This document shows, one piece after another, positions 36,534-49,030 of a stretch of 64,000 bases of DNA (within the stretch, counting starts at the first letter, position 1; every line of letters starts with the position of its first letter). Both the position numbers and the translations under genes were made by a program. A model generated the notes under the pieces. It searched no databases and was not told where the DNA came from. It was given only the letters and a program-made list of their open reading frames with translations. Source of the stretch: Octopus bimaculoides (taxonomy: Eukaryota); assembly GCF_001194135.2 (NCBI RefSeq), contig NC_068985.1, positions 99,166,413 to 99,230,412 of the forward strand, written 5' to 3'.

Positions 36534-37220
36534 ATACAGAGAAGAAAACGGAGAAGAAAGGAGAATAAGGATAAGAATATTAAGATTAATGAGAAAAGTA
36601 AAAAGGGAAAAAATACACTACGAGAACGACAGAAACAATAACAACAAACTTAATATCCACAACTAAAAATGCAAAGAAAATAGAAACTAAATACCAAAAG
36701 AAAACCAAATGAATATAAGAAAAGAAAAAAGCAAAAACAAAAAAGAAAGAAAGAAATGGTAATAAAACCCAACGTCTTTAACTCTATCCTCTATAAAACA
36801 CAAAAAAAAAAATATATGTAATAATAAAAATGCAAAACACAAATGAAAACGGAAGCGACATTGAACAAACTCAATAACGCCTATAGTTCAAAACAATATT
36901 ATACACAAGTCGCCATCATAAGAATTTAGTTGAGAGCAAGCAGCAGCTGGCCTTTCTGGGTTATGGCCCCTGATCTGCCACTATGTCTGTCATATTGCAC
37001 TTCTTTCGCATGGCTTCATTATTTCAACAGAATTATCTTGCAGCACATCACCAATGATGTTTTTCCCTCTCGTATTCATCTTGTTTTAGTTTTCGGTTTT
37101 GTATTTCTGTTTTCTTTCATTTGTGTTTTTTTTTTGGCGTTTATTCTACGTTCCTTCAACTCTCACTCATTTCTTCTGTGACTTCCACATTTTTTTCTCT
37201 TTACCGATCCTTCTGAAGTA

Positions 37221-37221
<1 letters not shown>

Positions 37222-37267
<46 letters not shown>

Positions 37268-37277
37268 NNNNNNNNNN

Positions 37278-37312
<35 letters not shown>
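37222..37312 (+). repeat. (ATCT)n and (CT)n microsatellites around a 10-N gap
   Basis: Seen directly. Similar (ATCT)n arrays lie at about 38117-38187 and 51822-51897, and (CCAT)n at about 38767-38827. Confidence 0.95.
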
Positions 37313-37315
<3 letters not shown>

Positions 37316-38116
37316 CTACCTATCTATCTATTTCTCTGTCAGTCTATATATTAGCAATTATTTTCTCACCTGTTTTCCTATTTCACCATTTCGCCATTTA
37401 CCCCCTCCGCCTTCTCTCTCTCTCCTGCTTTCACAATTTCTCACGCTTGCTAATTCATACAACATACGCCAACACACACGCCAACACATACGCCAACACT
37501 TACGCCACAATAAGTAGGTTTCGCCCAACGGCGTATATATATATATATATAAAGAAGCTGAACTTCCGTATGTACGTGTATGTTTCTGTGTCTTTGCGTG
37601 TACGTGAACGTATACCTCCGCCTACGTCTCGTGCATATATCTAGGCCTTTATTTTACTTCTCTGTCCTTTTATCCACGTATGCTCGTATGAATACATGCA
37701 TGTATATGTATGGAATACTATTCCCATAATTACTTGTACATGCATACAAATATAATCGCACACATGGAAGAATATACGCATAAAGTCTATATCTATACCT
37801 ACATGTATGCATGTATAACGGTGTAATATAATCTTGAATGCCAGCATAAGGGAGAATATGTATTTTACTCGGAGCTCATCTGTACAAATTATTCTTTCAG
37901 TCTAACTTGGAATTTCTTCACATTTGACCCGTGGTACCAAAGGACTATAGATTAAATCTGCCGTAACGTAAAAGAAAATCATGTTTTCTTGTCTTTCGTA
38001 GTTGTTCTTCATGTTGTTGTGCTTGTTATAGGTTTTTCTTTAATTTTCTGCTCACCAATTCATTTGCTGGTAAGCCCTTGGCAATGGATTAACGGCTTTT
38101 GCAAACATTTTCGTTG

Positions 38117-38185
<69 letters not shown>

Positions 38186-40368
38186 CCAGCTATTTTTTTA
38201 TACGTATCTTTATTCCTTTTTCTGTACACACACGCCGACAGACACATTCATACTGCACACACAGACACAGACACAGACACACACACACACCCACACACAC
38301 ACACACACACACACAAATACACCCACACTGACACACACATTACTCTATGCTTTATTTATGTAGTCCCTACATTCGTTGCTTTTAGATTAATTCTAGAATA
38401 CAAGAATAAACGCACATATACATACATACATACATACATACACACAAACATAGAAACACACATATGCATATATGTCCGTACACACACATTCACACACATA
38501 TATATATAGACCCGTACATCACATATTCATGCATACACAAATATATTTCTTACGCTCTTATTGTATTGAAGGCCTCTGACTCCTTTTCTCTGCTTCATCG
38601 AAGATTTAGTTTACAGTCGAAGTAAGCTAATAATTCAATAAGAGGAGCAGAAAATGCAATGAAGCTCAGGCATAAATGCCACAGAAAATATTACAGCTAC
38701 ACAGACGCACCGCAAACATACAAACAGGCAGGTATATAATCAAAGCACAATACAACATATATAAGCATCCATCCACCCATCCATCCATCCATCCATCCAT
38801 CCATCCATCCATCCATCCATCCATCCATGTATGCGAATCTGTGTGTGTATGTGTGTGTGTATGTGTGTGCATATGTTTTAATGTGCAAAAGAAGAATGCA
38901 TGAGTTATTTTTAATTTTTGTCCTTGGAAGAAATAGAATTTGCCTGATCGCTTTCTTCCGAAACGATAATGATAGAGTTAACCACAATCTCTCGGATAGC
39001 AGGGTATCTCAATAAACTTGCGCCAGATAGAATACAAAATACGCTGCCCAAATGTCATTCCCGTTCTTTTAACTTTTCGAATGTGAACCTCATCAGTTGA
39101 TATCTCGTTGGAGACCAGCGGAGTTCATCACTTGATGATTCAAAATTTTGCATGGATATAGCCATCATTTGTTGACACCCGAGTGTCTATTTCGTGAAAT
39201 GCGACTAATCCTAAGCGGTCCTTAACAGCGAGAGAAATGTAGTCGCACATGGAAGGTTATAGAGCAATGATGTAGTGTCTTTCTGATTTATTTCATCATC
39301 AGAAGATAATAGTGTTCTAGATAACACAAAGGAAAATGATGAGTAAAAGTGTACTGAATTTTCTCTATTTGTACATCTGTTTGACAAGAACAATTTGGGA
39401 ATCTTAAATGAACTTAGGCTCACGCCGAATGTAAAGAATAGTGTGTGTTTTACGGCCCTTTTCGCTCATGTGCTTGTAAGTTCTCTTGTGCGAGAGACTA
39501 ACAGTTATAGATTTGTACTTATTTAAAATGGTAAAAAGATTCCTCTTTTGGTTTTTGGGCTGTTTGGCACATACATTTATGCCACCTTTTTACAGTTTAG
39601 CGGCAAATGCTTTGGGACGGCGTTTGTCTCCAGAGTAGAATACAGCCTTAGTACAGAAAAGATCTACAAAGGACTTTTAGACACTTTGTTGATAATTTGA
39701 GTTCTGTAGGAAACTCACTGTTTTAAATCTGGTACTGGAATTAATCTGACGTCTAATGCGTCTAGAAAGTTAACTTTGGGGTAATGGGATTAACTACAAT
39801 CTAATAAATTACAGCGTTCTTGGAATTGCAGCCACACATTCGACCAAATCAAAGAAATGTAATTTATTTAGAGCTCACCAAAAAGTTTAATATCTTGGCG
39901 GAACGCGTCGAGGTTAAAAGCCGAGTATTAAATCCCGAAATCCTATCTACGTGTAAGTACATGTCTCTGTATAGGGAACTAGATGCAGTAATTCCTCTCT
40001 CAAAGTGGCCAACTTCATCTAGTTATAAATAGTTATCAAATTATCTCATTAAGATAAAAAACATGAAATCCAACGAGAGACACGGAAAATCATGCGTATG
40101 ATATTTCAGGAAAGGCTTATCGATGATGCTTGAAGGTAGATTGATTTCTCAGTTAAACTACTTACATATTATAGTTACACTCATTGAGACTTCCTTCAGT
40201 ACAATGAATATATATATGGAGTTTATTAGTCAAAATATACACATATAGAGTTGGCGCACTTGGTTATGCTAAGATATGCTTCAGATGAGAACTCTAAGTG
40301 AGGACTAGAGAAAAGATCTTAACATTTATCTCACGCCAAAAAGATTTCCTGAGTGAGCTTGAGAACTA

Positions 40369-40598
40369 TTGGGTTGTCCGGAAAGTGTGCGCCAATTTTT
40401 AAAGGAAAGAAAAAGGTCAATAAATACTTGCTATTGCATTTTTGATCAACCAAATATGAACCATTTTGTTGCACAATGCGTCTCCATCTTTCCTTTTACT
40501 TGAAAATACCCTCTTCTCAGAATTGAGTTGGTTTATATGGCAAATGAGTCGAAAGGCAAGCTGCTATAAATCGGCACGAACTTTCCGGACAACCCAAT
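40369..40598 (-). mobile_element. 230-bp mariner deletion derivative (MITE)
   Basis: TIRs ttgggttgtccggaaagtgtgcgccaattt and aaatcggcacgaactttccggacaacccaa. Minus strand reads KPTQF*EEGIFK*KERWRRIVQQNGSYLVDQ, a mariner C-terminus. Confidence 0.85.
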
Positions 40599-41017
40599 TA
40601 AGTAGGTAAAACATTTAAATTCTATTAGAATTGGCATAATTGTTCCAACTTAGATTTACTTTTTACCGGAGGAAAGTATTCATTTTATTAAGGAAATAGT
40701 ATAGAACAATGCAAAATAAGAGAAAATACATAGCAAAAATGCATGATGTATACATACATATGGTAATACAATCCACAGAAATACACACATACATACAAAC
40801 ACACACACACACATGCAAACACACATATATACGTACGTATACACATATGTTACACCAAAGTTGTGCACACATATGCATGAAAACACGGGAGCTGCAAACG
40901 TTCTTCGCAGGGTTCTTGAAGCATCACCAGTAAATAAGTTTCATGTTAGTCCGCTGGCTGTGGACAGCTGACACTTTCCATCATACCCAGCAAAATAAGC
41001 TGTGAATTTTCCTTGGA

Positions 41018-41150
<133 letters not shown>

Positions 41151-41838
41151 NNNNNNNNNNNNNNNNNNNNNNNNNNNNNNNNNNNNNNNNNNNNNNNNNN
41201 NNNNNNNNNNNNNNNNNNNNNNNNNNNNNNNNNNNNNNNNNNNNNNNNNNNNNNNNNNNNNNNNNNNNNNNNNNNNNNNNNNNNNNNNNNNNNNNNNNNN
41301 NNNNNNNNNNNNNNNNNNNNNNNNNNNNNNNNNNNNNNNNNNNNNNNNNNNNNNNNNNNNNNNNNNNNNNNNNNNNNNNNNNNNNNNNNNNNNNNNNNNN
41401 NNNNNNNNNNNNNNNNNNNNNNNNNNNNNNNNNNNNNNNNNNNNNNNNNNNNNNNNNNNNNNNNNNNNNNNNNNNNNNNNNNNNNNNNNNNNNNNNNNNN
41501 NNNNNNNNNNNNNNNNNNNNNNNNNNNNNNNNNNNNNNNNNNNNNNNNNNNNNNNNNNNNNNNNNNNNNNNNNNNNNNNNNNNNNNNNNNNNNNNNNNNN
41601 NNNNNNNNNNNNNNNNNNNNNNNNNNNNNNNNNNNNNNNNNNNNNNNNNNNNNNNNNNNNNNNNNNNNNNNNNNNNNNNNNNNNNNNNNNNNNNNNNNNN
41701 NNNNNNNNNNNNNNNNNNNNNNNNNNNNNNNNNNNNNNNNNNNNNNNNNNNNNNNNNNNNNNNNNNNNNNNNNNNNNNNNNNNNNNNNNNNNNNNNNNNN
41801 NNNNNNNNNNNNNNNNNNNNNNNNNNNNNNNNNNNNNN

Positions 41839-42106
41839 ACAGAAACAATTCCTATCATAGTAGGTGCCTTAGGTATAATACAAAAATATTCAGACAAATA
41901 CATAACAAAAACACCAGGACTTACAAATATATATAACATACAGAAAATTGCACTACTGGGTACTGCATACATTCTACGCAAAACACATTCAATACAGTAA
42001 ACATAAGAGCACCACAGCCAACCACAGCACATACCCAAGGCGCACAGAGCTGCGCTCGGTAGTGAAGTGAAAGCAGGTTATAAAAATAAAACTACTGAAC
42101 AATAAC

Positions 42107-42149
<43 letters not shown>
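41839..42149 (+). mobile_element. Young R4/Dong-type LINE 3' end with (AAT)n tail
   Basis: TETIPIIVGALGII...NIQKIALLGTAYILRK* (stop at 42000), 100-nt UTR, then (AAT)n. Confidence 0.9.
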
Positions 42150-42844
42150 GCAGGCGGGACACTTCTCCCAACTGAACGTGGATGCAACAAATGTATCAAT
42201 TGATCGTTCATGTTGAATTGTTTTATCTACTTTATTGGACGTTGTTTTCTCTCATTAGAATTAAAGCCATCATAATTACGAATACGTAGAGCTATGAACG
42301 GTCATACATCTTTGATGGGAGAATTTCTCTCAATCCCGACTTAGGATTAAGTGACAATATCACTAATGCACAAAGTAGATCGAAATGAAAACATTAAATA
42401 TACAGCAAGAAAACAACTGTGACATGTTGCATTAATGCAATAAGTAGTTCAGTGGCTATAACAATGAAAATGTTGCAAGGTAACAGTAAAAAATATAATT
42501 CCAATGCCAATGTGGAAATTTTTAATAGGGAGAAGTAAGGCGCTACCAAACACATTTAATAACATACTAAATGGCTGAAACCGGAAAGAACGTCTGACTT
42601 GCTCACTTAGAGCAAATCTATCTTATGGAGAAAATCCCATTCTCCAATGTTAAAGCAACAACAAACTCTTAGTAAAAGAAAGAAGTCATAAAAGCTTTTC
42701 TAAAGGCATACAAAAGGTTAATTCCAGCATCTGTCAGTAAATATCTTTAAAAATAACTTATTTCGAGAGAGGTAAAGAAGTGTTGCAAGTTTTATCTGGC
42801 AATCCAGTTCAATTACTGAGTAATAAATTCATTTACGAAGAACA

Positions 42845-42983
<139 letters not shown>

Positions 42984-43954
42984 TAGGGTTAGGCTATAAG
43001 ATAGGTTCAATGCAAAAAGATTTCTGACAGTGGTTCCATTGCAAAGGAATCTTGGAAATAACCAAGAATATGATAGTAAGGAGATACATTAAACACCACG
43101 AGAAAATGTCAAACAATAATGGTATTATAAAAGAAGGCATTATAAAAGAAAATATATATTTCTGCAATGAAATCAGAAGCGAACAAATGCCATACATGCC
43201 AAAAAAAAAAAAAAACACTGAGAAACAAATTCTATACAAAAATGTATGGAAGAACTTCTGAAATTAGAGATGGTCACTCATTCGTAAAGAATCCCCGAAT
43301 ATGAAAAAAGTTAATGATTGCTTAAACAAAGCAAACAGTTCGATTCCATCTGAAAACATTTGCTTTCAAGAAGTAGGTAAAAGTAAAAGAGAAAACCTGC
43401 AATAACAAGAGAGATCAGAAACTTCCGAAAGAATATGAATATCCAAGGAATTGCTACGGACGGTTACTGAGGTTAAATGAACTCCAAAATTAGCCAAGAA
43501 GGTATATGGAAAAAAAGAAAAAAAAAAATGACGAGACTAGGAAATCATAATGTTCCGGAGTTCTGTTTAAAATATTTCATATGTGAACTTAAAAATGTGC
43601 TCACATTTATTTTAATAATCGTTACTTTGTCTGCCTTTGATTATTTAATACCATTTTGTCAAAACTTTGCACTCGATTGCGAATTTATTAATTGCTGTTT
43701 ACATATAAGGATTGCAGCTCCTAGTAGTTTATGAATTACGGGTTCGCTTGTTGTAGATAATAAAGCGTAACAACGCAGAAGAACGTGTACCACAGTTCGC
43801 TGTCATCACTCATAGCTCAGCTTGAACTCTGTTTTTGCACACCTTCTCTATAAAGACAACGTTTCTTCAGTGAGAGTCATTCCGCTGAAACTTTTTTTCC
43901 AGGCGTCAGTGTATATGAACGCAAGTTTACTAATAATCATATTTATTATTATGT

Positions 43955-44810
43955 TAGTGGAAGCAGCACATAACAGGCATACTGATAAAAACGACTTAAT
44001 CCACAAGGCACAAGAAATAGCAGACATACCTAAACCCGATCTTCTATAACTTAATAAAATAAAGATAAAAAAAAAAAAAATTGCAGTGTTTAAGCAAATA
44101 TCTGAAAACCCCCAGCTAATTTCCAGAACAGACGGATTTCTTCAAAGGATCATGTAGTTCTAAAGATCAATTATTGATTAACAAAACCTTAAGGGAGGAC
44201 TGTACAAGACAGAGGACAAGTCTTGTACAGCCTGAAAATGGCATATATTGATTTCCTGAAGGCTTTTGTTAATGTTTTTCACACATGGATCCTCTATGCA
44301 AAGTAGCATCAATAATAAGATACGTTAAACATGTCTTATGTAAGAGGCAAGCATTTCTCCATATACTGATCAAACAGACGTATAAAATATCCATTTCTGT
44401 ATTAAACGAAGTATATTCCAAGGGAACATCATCACTCCACACGCATTTTTTTTACCTGCTGTTAACAACTTTTTACTCACATGTTACAACATACAAAACG
44501 TGGATATAAACGGTACGGTAGGATAAATAACCTTCTTATCTCTAAGGATAGCTTGACGTTATTAACAAATGAACAGAAGTACTGCTACAATATTACACGG
44601 ATCTACAAAATGTATTTGATTAGCAAATAGCATCCGAATATAGAAAATATACATTGTATTAATTCAAGAAACGGACACTTTCAAATAGTTCACCGATAAA
44701 GAAGTAGCCAGAGTAAAGCACAAACATATAATGTTACCGACAAAATAGAACAGACGTGTCATATTAATATAGGAACAAACGAAAAAGTAAAATTGTCGCA
44801 GTTATACACT
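43955..44810 (+). pseudogene. Decayed RT domain of an R4/Dong-type LINE
   Basis: Motifs in order: WKQHITGILIK, EQTDFFKGSCSSKDQLLINK, MAYIDFLKAFVNVFHTWI, IKRSIFQGN, INNLL..DSLTL. Confidence 0.75.
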
Positions 44811-44911
44811 ATAAGATTGTGATTCGCTTGCTAAATGAAATATCGAGGATAACTGGAGACATTAAAAAAAATGGACCCATTTTGAATCCATCCTCGAAAA
44901 TATGATTTGTG

Positions 44912-45053
44912 ATGGGCTGTGTGGTAAGAAGCTTGCTTCTCAACAACGTGGTTCTGGGTTCAGTTCCACCACGTGGTGCCTTGGGCAAGTGTCTTCTACT
45001 ATAGCCTCGGGTGGAATAAGGCCTATATATATATATGTGTGTGTATGTGTGTG

Positions 45054-45090
<37 letters not shown>

Positions 45091-45589
45091 NNNNNNNNNN
45101 NNNNNNNNNNNNNNNNNNNNNNNNNNNNNNNNNNNNNNNNNNNNNNNNNNNNNNNNNNNNNNNNNNNNNNNNNNNNNNNNNNNNNNNNNNNNNNNNNNNN
45201 NNNNNNNNNNNNNNNNNNNNNNNNNNNNNNNNNNNNNNNNNNNNNNNNNNNNNNNNNNNNNNNNNNNNNNNNNNNNNNNNNNNNNNNNNNNNNNNNNNNN
45301 NNNNNNNNNNNNNNNNNNNNNNNNNNNNNNNNNNNNNNNNNNNNNNNNNTATATATATATATAGATGTATGTATATATAGGTATTATGTAGTTGTGTGCC
45401 TGTTTGTCCCCCACCATCGCTTGATAACCGATGCTGGTGTATTTATGTTCCAGTATTCTAGCGGTTCGGCAACAAGTGACCGATAGAATAAGTACTGGGT
45501 TACAAAAGATAAGTCCTGGGATAGATTTGTTCGACTAAAGGTGGTGCTCCAGCATGGCGACTGTCAAAAGATTAAAGTAAGTAAAAGTA
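44912..45589 (+). mobile_element. SINE family A spanning a gap in its internal (TA/TG)n tract
   Basis: Head gggctgtgtggtaagaagcttgc; 3' part gactaaaggtggtgctccagcatgg. Confidence 0.85.
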
Positions 45590-45599
45590 CTCATAAAAG

Positions 45600-45967
45600 G
45601 TCGTGGTACGCCGTCGGTTTCGACGACGAGGGTTCAAGTTGAACCGATCAACGGAACAGCCTGTTCGTGAAATTAACGTGTAAGTGGCTGAGCACTCCAC
45701 AGACACGTCTACACATAACGTAGTTCTCGGGGAGATCCAGTGTGAGACAAGGCTGTCCCTTTGAAATACAGTCTACAACAGAAATAGGAAGAGTGAGAGA
45801 ATGTTGTAATGAAAGAGTACAGTAGGGTTCACCACCTCCCCCTTCCGGAGCCTCGTGGAGCTTTAGATGTTTTCGCTCAATAAACACTCACCACGTCCGG
45901 TATAGGAATCGAAACTGCGATCCGACGACCGCGTGTCTGCTGCCCTAACCACTGGGCTATTGTGCCT
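45600..45967 (-). mobile_element. SINE family C
   Basis: Colinear with 24005-24355. Confidence 0.85.
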
Positions 45968-46099
45968 GTACAGTTAAAACAAAAAGTATAAAAGTATAGA
46001 ATGCATACAGGAAAGAAGGTGTCGTCTGCAAATAGAAAGCCATTATAACATATCCACCGTTGATCAACAAAAATGTCTGGTAATGAATATGTCTGCTAA

Positions 46100-46325
46100 T
46101 TATTGTACATGATCAGTAATTTCGAGGGGAGGGGAGCAGGATCATTATACCGATCCCAGTACTTGACTAGTACCTATTTTATTGACCCTGAAAGGAAAAA
46201 AAAAAAAGGAAAAGTCGACCATAGACGAATTTGAACTCAGTCCACAAGTAGCCCGAAAAATTTAAAAAATGCCACTAAACACTTTCACCGACGTTTTAAC
46301 GACTCTGCCAGTATGCTGCCTTAAT
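46100..46325 (-). mobile_element. SINE family B, diverged
   Basis: cccagtacttgactagtacc...gtcgaccatagacgaatttgaactcag. Confidence 0.7.
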
Positions 46326-46752
46326 CTCGGAAAGAATAGCAGAAAACCGATATAAATTGCTACAAAACACGAATAGAAAAAAAAATAATAATGTCAGTAT
46401 CTAAAAACAAGCGTTTTCTGTCTTCATTGAATTCAATAAATATAAAACTGGCTGAAATAACAGAAAGTTGTGAGGACAAAAAGGGAAATACATTCCTTAA
46501 TGTCGTAAATTTATTTACTCACAAACTGTTTAATTGCTAGCATCACGCATCGAGAAGCGAAAACTGAATATCCTGAAGTATGCAAAAAAAATTGGCATTC
46601 TACAATTGTCTTTACAATATTGCAAAACTAAGATATTTAATATCTTAAAGTGAAATGAAAGCCAGTTTGGAATTCAAATATGAAGACAATAGGTGTTTGA
46701 TTAGGAAAAATTTTGAGCTTTCATGATAACGAAACAAGAACAACAATAATGC

Positions 46753-46819
<67 letters not shown>

Positions 46820-46824
46820 ACAAC

Positions 46825-46895
<71 letters not shown>

Positions 46896-46900
46896 TAATA
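46753..46900 (+). repeat. Compound (TAG)n-(CAA)-(AAT)n microsatellite
   Basis: Seen directly. Confidence 0.95.
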
Positions 46901-47517
46901 GAACAGAAATGGAAGCAGTAACAGCAGCTACAACACTAGCAGCTGCAGCAATAAACAACTACAATGGAATCATTACTAGTAGTAACATCGCAAAATATGC
47001 TTACCGCCGCCATCACTTCTAACATTTGCCAGAGCAATGTCAAATGGAACATCAACAAACAGGAACAATAAACAAGAAGGAGAAAAGAAAAATGTAAATA
47101 AATAAACGAAGAAGATATGAAGTAAACTACAAAGGAAGACATTTTTCTGAATGGAAAGTTATAAACTATTTCTTATTTTGTTATAATTAGATCTTATTCT
47201 TTACTTTCATAAAACTTTTCTTCTTTTGCATTGAAGAGTTCTTATTTTGAAGGCGGCGAGGTTATGTTGATGTTGTTGATGTTGTTATTCTTGAGTTGGT
47301 AAAGTGTAAGATGGTGACAGTTGTGGAAGTAGTTTTCCGGTTTGTGATTTAATGAAGTACAATACCATGCCATTATCGCTGAAACCACACAAGCGTCGTC
47401 AGCAATAAACAGTTGTCGATAATAGCGATGGAATGCAACAGCGACAACAGAATGAAGAGGAAAGCAACACTGACGACAACGACTGTACGGCTATCGTCGA
47501 TGTGGTCGTTGTTGTTA

Positions 47518-47559
<42 letters not shown>

Positions 47560-47823
47560 TCATCATCAACCTCATCGTCGTCGTCGTCGTCGTCATTATC
47601 AATTACATCGTCCTTCAAAGTGATTTTAACAGCCACAGAAGTAGAAACGCTAACCTCATTGGCAACAATAAGACTCTTAGCCTCAGTAATTGCAGTAGCA
47701 ACAACTAAATGGAAAACAACATCATCATCAGCATAAAAAGCAGCATCGGCAATAACAACAACAACAACAACAACACCAACAACAACAACAACAACTACTA
47801 CTACTACTACAATTATTATTATT

Positions 47824-48135
47824 GTTCAGTAGTTTTATTTTTATAGCGTGCTTTCACTTCACTACCGAGCGCAGCTCTGTGCGCCTTGGGTACGTGCTGT
47901 TGGTTTGCTGTGGTGCTCTTATGTTTACTGTATTGAAAGTGTTTTGCGTAGAATGTGTGCAGTACCCAGTAGTGCAATTTTCTGTATGTTATATATATTT
48001 GTAAGTCCTGGTGTTTTTGTTATGTATTTGTCTGAATATTTTTTTATTATACCTAAGGCACCTACTATGATAGGAATTGTTTCTGTTTTTAGATTCCACA
48101 TTCGAGTTAACTCTATTTCCAGGTCTTTGTATTTT

Positions 48136-48137
<2 letters not shown>
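47824..48137 (-). mobile_element. Young 5'-truncated R4/Dong-type LINE inside a TAA-type array
   Basis: Open frame KYKDLEIELTRMWNLKTETIPIIVGALG...LLGTAHILRKTLSIQ* plus the same UTR as the 41839 copy. TTA repeats lie on both sides. Confidence 0.9.
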
Positions 48138-48209
<72 letters not shown>

Positions 48210-48429
48210 GTTGTTGTTGTTATTATTATTATTGCTATTATTATTATTTACTTTTAATCTGCGTGTTTGTTACAATCACTTGCCGAGACACATCCAGCGT
48301 CTTACAGCGTGTGAAGGCTAAACGATGTTATAGTATGACTGAAAGCTTGGGGAGGGGAAGTGGCAGGGACAGTAGCGAAATATCTTCATGTAATGCATTT
48401 TCTAAATGTGTTTCTACTACAGATATAAG

Positions 48430-48650
48430 TAAGTCCTGAAATTTGCGAGGTGTGGTGGCTAGTCGATTACATCGATCCTATTGCTCAACTGGTACTTATT
48501 TTATCGACCCTGAAAAGACAAAAGGTAAAATCGGCCTTGACGAAATTTGAACTCAGGATGTGAAGCTAGGGCAAATACCACCATATGTTTTTGTGTAAGC
48601 GATGTTACCAGCTGCCGGTTTCTTTTCTACGTCTTCTGATACTGTTGGAG
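48430..48650 (-). mobile_element. SINE family B, old copy
   Basis: tagtcgattacatcgatcc...tatcgaccctgaaaagacaaaagg...tttgaactcagg. Confidence 0.65.
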
Positions 48651-48819
48651 GAAATGTGGTAAATCTGACTGCAATGCTTGGAACATAACGAACTACACTA
48701 AAGTCATCCAAGTACAAGGTCATAGTGTCACACAAAGTGGACAAATTGACTAATACTCAAATATGCCTCGGTGGGATTTGATATCGGAACGGAAAGAGTC
48801 GGCAGAATGAAAGTAAAAT

Positions 48820-49030
48820 AGCGACGAGCTGGCAGAAATGCTTAGTGGTATTTCATCTGCCGTCACGTTCTGAGTTCAAATTCCGCCGAGGTCGACTTTG
48901 CCTTTCATCCTTTAGGGGTCGATACATTAGGTACTAGTTACGCACTGGGGTCGATGTAATCGACCTAATCCCTTTGTCTGTCCTTGTTTGTCCCCTCTAT
49001 GTTTAGCTCCTTGTGGGCAATAAAGAAATA
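48820..49030 (+). mobile_element. SINE family B (long-tail form) with perfect 16-bp TSD
   Basis: TSD AGAATGAAAGTAAAAT at 48804-48819 and 49031-49046. Confidence 0.92.

Noticed and set aside
37462-37507. 12-bp minisatellite acatacgccaac x4, superficially like a regular repeat array
   Set aside because: It is a tandem repeat without spacers in eukaryotic DNA, so it is not CRISPR. No repeat-spacer array occurs anywhere in the window.
43903-44058. Apparent secreted peptide MNASLLIIIFIIMLVEA-AHNR... with an upstream acceptor and downstream AATAAA
   Set aside because: Another frame of the same bases reads WKQHITGILIK...KK*QTYLNPIFYN, the start of the LINE RT fossil that continues at 44120. The hydrophobic stretch is an AT-rich artefact.
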